Shown: positions 59,719-64,000 of the stretch, piece after piece
Position numbering within the stretch: position 1 is the first letter of the stretch
Layout: every line of letters begins with the position of its first letter
Assembly: GCA_964610875.1 (NCBI GenBank)
Contig: CAZSWP010000018.1
Coordinates: forward strand, 1-64,000
Direction of reading: 5' to 3'
Source of the DNA: an uncultured archaeon
GTDB taxonomy: Archaea; Asgardarchaeota; Thorarchaeia; Thorarchaeales; Thorarchaeaceae
Length of the DNA: 64,000 nucleotides
Position numbers and translations under genes: made by a program
Notes under the pieces: generated by a model
Databases searched by the model: none
What the model was told of the DNA's origin: nothing
Seen by the model: the letters and a program-made list of their open reading frames with translations, nothing else

Positions 59719-60196
59719 TAGTTCTGGGACCCATATCTGTTATGTCCTTCTTTCCAGGAATGAATAATGACCCTAGAACCAAGAATATTGAGAGCATAAT
59801 TGATGCCACACCCATATTATAGAGTGGGCTACCCTCAATATCTAATCGCACAAAGACTTGCCCAGCGATAAATGCAATTAGTGCTCCAATCAATGTTACT
59901 CTAAAAGCGAATGATCTGAGACTGAACTTTTCATCCTTTTCTTCAATATCATCTGCAATTGCTTCCTTTGGCATTCTTGTATCTGTTTTATAGAATCTCT
60001 CACCATCTTCAGTGATTTTTCCTTTGACCTTCCCCTTCTCAATCATTTGCTGCAATGTATCATGGACTATTTCTTGCTCTATCTCCAAATATTCGCTCAT
60101 AATAGAGAGCGCACTAATGTTTGAGTTGATCAATCCCAAAATTTGCTGTTCGGTATTTTCAGAGTTTTGAATGATTGCTTCACTAGTCATTTTCAT
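59702..60196 (-). CDS. PCI/wHTH-like membrane-anchored protein
   Basis: wHTH-like segment (MIEKGKVKGKI) followed by two TM helices. Confidence 0.5.
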   Translation of the reverse strand: MKMTSEAIIQNSENTEQQILGLINSNISALSIMSEYLEIEQEIVHDTLQQMIEKGKVKGKITEDGERFYKTDTRMPKEAIADDIEEKDEKFSLRSFAFRVTLIGALIAFIAGQVFVRLDIEGSPLYNMGVASIMLSIFLVLGSLFIPGKKDITDMGPRTTIETQ

Positions 60197-60668
60197 TCAC
60201 CAGGTTTTATGTTGTCATTTTTTGATATTGAAATATCATGCCAAAATGATAGTTTGTTACAATGATTTTCCGTACACAAGTCAATATCTACTATTTGTTG
60301 CGCGCATTTCCAATAACGGGAAAAAATGTACGAAATTGTGCCCAATTATTACACAAGGCAGAGAAAATCGGCAAATTGGGGTGTTTCATTACCAGAAACG
60401 AATTCTTCAGACTTTTAGGGTTCATTCTTAGTGTACACGCGATTACTCTCATCTACTAAATGCGATTCTTCCTCATCTGGTTGGTGATTCGGAGAATCAC
60501 GACTAATTGCTAACTAAAGAATGTCTTTGTAACAATCAGTGGGATAGAAATTATCCTCATCCTTCTCGTGATTTGTATACCATACTTGAGCGAAGAACGG
60601 GTTGCCGACAGCTAGTAAAAATCAAGATAAACCTAGACATTGATTAGAAGTCTCTTTGAAGGAACGGT

Positions 60669-61283
60669 ATGTTCTCAGTATCACAAGCAGCTCTCAGGTT
60701 GGGAGTATGTATCAAGACCATCCATCGATGGGACAAGGCTGGCAAGCTCCACTGTCATCGTACCATCGGTGGACACCGCCGCATCTCCCTTGCAGAGGTC
60801 AACCGCATCCTTGGGCTCTTTCATCGGGACCTCATCGATCATCCTGATAGGAAACGATGTGCCATCTATGCCAGGGTGTCCAGTCACCGACAGAAGCGTG
60901 ATGGGGACCTTGACCGACAACTCCAGACCCTTACCAAGGAGTGCAGGAAACGATTCAAGTCACGTCCTCTGGTCTTCTCAGATGTTGGCTCCGGGCTGAA
61001 CATGAAACGGAGGGGGCTCGCCAAGCTCTTCTCCCTCGCAAAGTCAGGAGCTATCCACACCCTCCTCATCACTCACAAAGATAGATTAGCTCGGTTCGGA
61101 GTCGAGCTCCTTGAGCGGATCCTCACTGACTACGGCATCAGACTCCTTGTCCTCTACCATCCAGAAGACCAGTCACCACAACAAGAGCTCGTCACCGACC
61201 TCATGTCCCTCATCGCCTCCTTTTCGGGTCGCGTCTATGGACTCCGTTCTCATCAGTCCAAGATTGTCCCTCAGTCCTCATAG
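60669..61283 (+). CDS. tnpA: IS607-family serine recombinase TnpA (copy 2)
   Basis: Same motifs as 16218-16838 (YARVS, DVGSGLN, KDRLARFG, SFSGRVYGLR). Confidence 0.95.
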   Translation: MFSVSQAALRLGVCIKTIHRWDKAGKLHCHRTIGGHRRISLAEVNRILGLFHRDLIDHPDRKRCAIYARVSSHRQKRDGDLDRQLQTLTKECRKRFKSRPLVFSDVGSGLNMKRRGLAKLFSLAKSGAIHTLLITHKDRLARFGVELLERILTDYGIRLLVLYHPEDQSPQQELVTDLMSLIASFSGRVYGLRSHQSKIVPQSS

Positions 61284-64000
61284 AACACGACTCCCTCCTT
61301 GACCAGTACCTCTTCCACAATATCAAAGACATCACTGAGGATAGCGCTAGCAACTTCTAGTCCTTGAAGGTTACCCTGTATCTCCCCTCTTACCATCTCA
61401 CGCGATTCTCCTCCAGTGTTGCGAGAAACTTCGCATAACTTGCCCACATATCCAATGACCGTGAACTCATCCTCGCCTCCAGCAGCATATTCGATCGTGA
61501 TGATGACCTGGTCATCCCGCACTACCGCATCTACTACCTTCAAGACCTCTAGCCCTTGGGTGGTCCCTTCACTTTCTACCTTCTTCTGTGGTAGGTCTTG
61601 CTCCTCGAAATCGAGTTCGACATATCTGTCCTCCTCTCTTACCTGTTCTTCAGACCATCCTCGTTCTAGCAGAGCCTCTCGGAACTCGGCAAGCTTCTCC
61701 TCGATTCCATTCACCTGATTCAGCGCCACCACCTCTGACACCTTCTCCCGGAAGTGGTCAAGTGCCTCATCTACTGATACATCCTCAAGGAACAGGTGCG
61801 AGAAGGTCTTGTTCCGCCAGGTTCTCCTTTTCTGTGGAGAATAGATGGACCATGAGACCTCGCGATGATAGCACAGGTGTGCGCTGAACTTCCACGTTCC
61901 ATCGTTCGACCAATCGAACTCGCTCTCGTCAGCTGAGTCCAGCGCTTCTCGCATTCGGGGGTATCTTTGGAGGTGCCAGAACTGCTCGTCCATGATGGCT
62001 GTCATATCCATCTTCACGGGATGCAGGGTACTCGTCTTGGGGTCGTACAGCTCGGTGCATTCAGCCAGCAGGCATAGCTGTGACTTCGACAACTCCACCT
62101 GTTCCAGCTCTCGAAGCAGCGAGGTCTGAGGCATACCAATCATCTTTACCCGATAGGAGTTCCGCTCCTGTTGTACCGGTTTCAGGGTGATATCCTCCCC
62201 GGTCGATGCGGCAAGGAGGTGCTTGCAAGTGGGGGGGTAGTGGTACTCGTCCGGAAAGAACCAGCTCCGATGCACCAATGGCTTGAGGAACGAGAACCCT
62301 GTCCCGTACTCGATATTCTCGCGATGGTCCCAGGTGATGAACTTTCGTTGGGTACGATATCCAGTAGCGGACCAGACAGGGGTACGGAGGAACTGCACGA
62401 GGTCATCGGTCCGGGAGAATTCTCTTTGCTCTGATAGTGACTCTGTGCTGATGTGCACCACATAGACCTCAAGGTCCTTGTCCGCAGACACAAGTAGTTT
62501 GGCTTGCTGCATCTCATACTTGATCTGGGTCATGGATGCAAGGACATCCAACGCGGAGTCAGGAAAATCCGGTTCTGTACCAAGGTCGAACACCATTGAC
62601 AGGTCCTCAAGGATGAGCCACGGGATGACATGATGTCTTCCTGCAGGTCTCCCGTGCTTGACGAGGAACGATACCCAGATGCGTTCATCCGCTTCGTTCA
62701 AAGCTGGAAGATGGAGGATATCATTTCCTTCAAAAGTGCTCATGATGACTGTGGTGAATGATTTCGAGATGAGGGCGTTATCAGCAAAGTCCTTGAGTGC
62801 TAGCCCATCTGTCGTCACAGCATGGTATTTGGGAGGGAGCCAGGTGTCTTGTAAGTTCTTGATGATGCCGGAAAGATAGGTCCCATCCTCTTGCGGAAGG
62901 AGAAAGAGGGCATCAAAGACCATGTCGTTCTCCTCCCAGTAGATGACACCAACTCGTTGCTGATGCACTGCAGGAGCCTTTGGGAGGGGAATCTCTGCCA
63001 ACCTTCTCGCTCGTGTCCGAAGCTTGGTGAAAATGGACACGAAACTGTACACAGTACGAACGGCCTCATCCTGCAAGGACAGTCCGATTTGATAGAAGGT
63101 CCATTCTGCGATGCTTCTCCAGAGCACCTCGATATGAGCTCGTTCTAGTCTATCGTTGACAGCGAGCAAGGCAAGGAAGAGGTTGTTCCCATATAGCAAG
63201 AAGAGGTCTTGGTTCTGTCCCAACACGTCCTCTAGGGACTCCCTGTTCTCCGACTTCAATAGGTCCTTCAGTCCTTCCCTGTAGGGAGTAAGGAACTCCC
63301 AGAGCTCCCTTCGATCCTTGTCCTGCAGGATGATCCGTTGTACTTCCTTTAGTGCTCCAAGGAAGAACGTGGAAGTCCGTACCTGTGGCTGGTCCTTGAG
63401 GAGGGCGAACTGTCTCTTGCAATGGTCTTCGACCTTCTTGCAGCAGGTCCGTACTCTCTTTGGAACGAACTCCTTGGTCCATAAATAATGTGCAGCGTTC
63501 AGTAGTCGCCTGAGTTCCTTCTCTCTATCCTCCATGGTATCGATCTGTGAAGGAACAAGGGTTGTTCCCTGTGGCGGATAGGTAACCGTCAATGGACCTT
63601 CAGGGTCTTCCGGGAACTGTCGTGGGGTCTGCTCGTATCTCCACGGGCGAGTGATCTGTGAAGATGTCTTCTGGGAGAGGGTATCGATGAACCTGTTCGA
63701 CCCCTTCGGGGTTGGCGGTGGTCTAGTGACATCCACCTGCACGCGGTCACGGAACACTGTCCCTCCGCTAGCTTGCACAGGTGCGATACGTGATTGCCAT
63801 CTCTGTGCACCCTCTTCATTTTGGATTGGACTTTTTCCTTCTGAGACTGCCCGTTCTCGAAGGACACTGGGAATCAGGGTAAGGGCATCATCTATCACTC
63901 GTTCATCAACATCGTCCATGGGAACTGAGATGGACGTTAATCGCACTCCCTTCCCATGCATAGGGGTCAATCTGAATTGCTCCTGCTGGATCACCTCATA
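61271..64000 (-). CDS. C-terminal part of the giant cargo protein homolog (5' truncated by window edge)
   Basis: Shares LFLLYGNNLFL, WDHR, PLV.RSWF, YP.TC..LL, YPR and FDW with the 1838-aa protein. The frame stays open to 64000. Confidence 0.85.
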   Translation of the reverse strand, partial: YEVIQQEQFRLTPMHGKGVRLTSISVPMDDVDERVIDDALTLIPSVLRERAVSEGKSPIQNEEGAQRWQSRIAPVQASGGTVFRDRVQVDVTRPPPTPKGSNRFIDTLSQKTSSQITRPWRYEQTPRQFPEDPEGPLTVTYPPQGTTLVPSQIDTMEDREKELRRLLNAAHYLWTKEFVPKRVRTCCKKVEDHCKRQFALLKDQPQVRTSTFFLGALKEVQRIILQDKDRRELWEFLTPYREGLKDLLKSENRESLEDVLGQNQDLFLLYGNNLFLALLAVNDRLERAHIEVLWRSIAEWTFYQIGLSLQDEAVRTVYSFVSIFTKLRTRARRLAEIPLPKAPAVHQQRVGVIYWEENDMVFDALFLLPQEDGTYLSGIIKNLQDTWLPPKYHAVTTDGLALKDFADNALISKSFTTVIMSTFEGNDILHLPALNEADERIWVSFLVKHGRPAGRHHVIPWLILEDLSMVFDLGTEPDFPDSALDVLASMTQIKYEMQQAKLLVSADKDLEVYVVHISTESLSEQREFSRTDDLVQFLRTPVWSATGYRTQRKFITWDHRENIEYGTGFSFLKPLVHRSWFFPDEYHYPPTCKHLLAASTGEDITLKPVQQERNSYRVKMIGMPQTSLLRELEQVELSKSQLCLLAECTELYDPKTSTLHPVKMDMTAIMDEQFWHLQRYPRMREALDSADESEFDWSNDGTWKFSAHLCYHREVSWSIYSPQKRRTWRNKTFSHLFLEDVSVDEALDHFREKVSEVVALNQVNGIEEKLAEFREALLERGWSEEQVREEDRYVELDFEEQDLPQKKVESEGTTQGLEVLKVVDAVVRDDQVIITIEYAAGGEDEFTVIGYVGKLCEVSRNTGGESREMVRGEIQGNLQGLEVASAILSDVFDIVEEVLVKEGVVFYED

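Larger units (their letters stand above)
60602..64000 (+). mobile_element. Second, diverged copy of the IS607-related composite element (right part outside window)
   Basis: Left end GGG|TT..ACAGCTA..AAACCTAGACATTGATTAG, followed by tnpA and a convergent cargo homolog. GC is higher than in the flanks. Confidence 0.88.

Overview
This looks like an archaeal chromosome segment, most likely Asgard (Thorarchaeia-like). The inference rests on archaeal-type uS19, isopentenyl phosphate kinase, TrmB regulators, a histone-fold protein, a longin-like protein and many small lineage-type membrane proteins. Most of the window is ordinary metabolic, transport and regulatory genes, plus a few pseudogenes. The standout is a family of IS607-related mobile elements with an unusual three-gene layout: a serine-recombinase TnpA (+), a 1838-aa convergent protein with PD-(D/E)XK nuclease and degenerate P-loop-like motifs (-), and an oversized 731-aa TnpB/Cas12-like RuvC nuclease (+). 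One complete copy spans about 16150-24728. Removing it at the shared GG(TT) core restores the normal C-terminus of the flavodoxin gene it interrupts. A second, diverged copy starts at about 60602 and runs off the window. A 186-bp non-autonomous derivative (8639-8824) also restores its host reading frame when removed, and a solo right end lies at about 47898-47956. The right ends share covarying hairpins and a pseudoknot typical of a TnpB omegaRNA scaffold, and the insertions point to a GGG|TT target (candidate TAM). I saw no rRNA, tRNA or CRISPR array. All calls come from reading motifs by eye, with no database searches.
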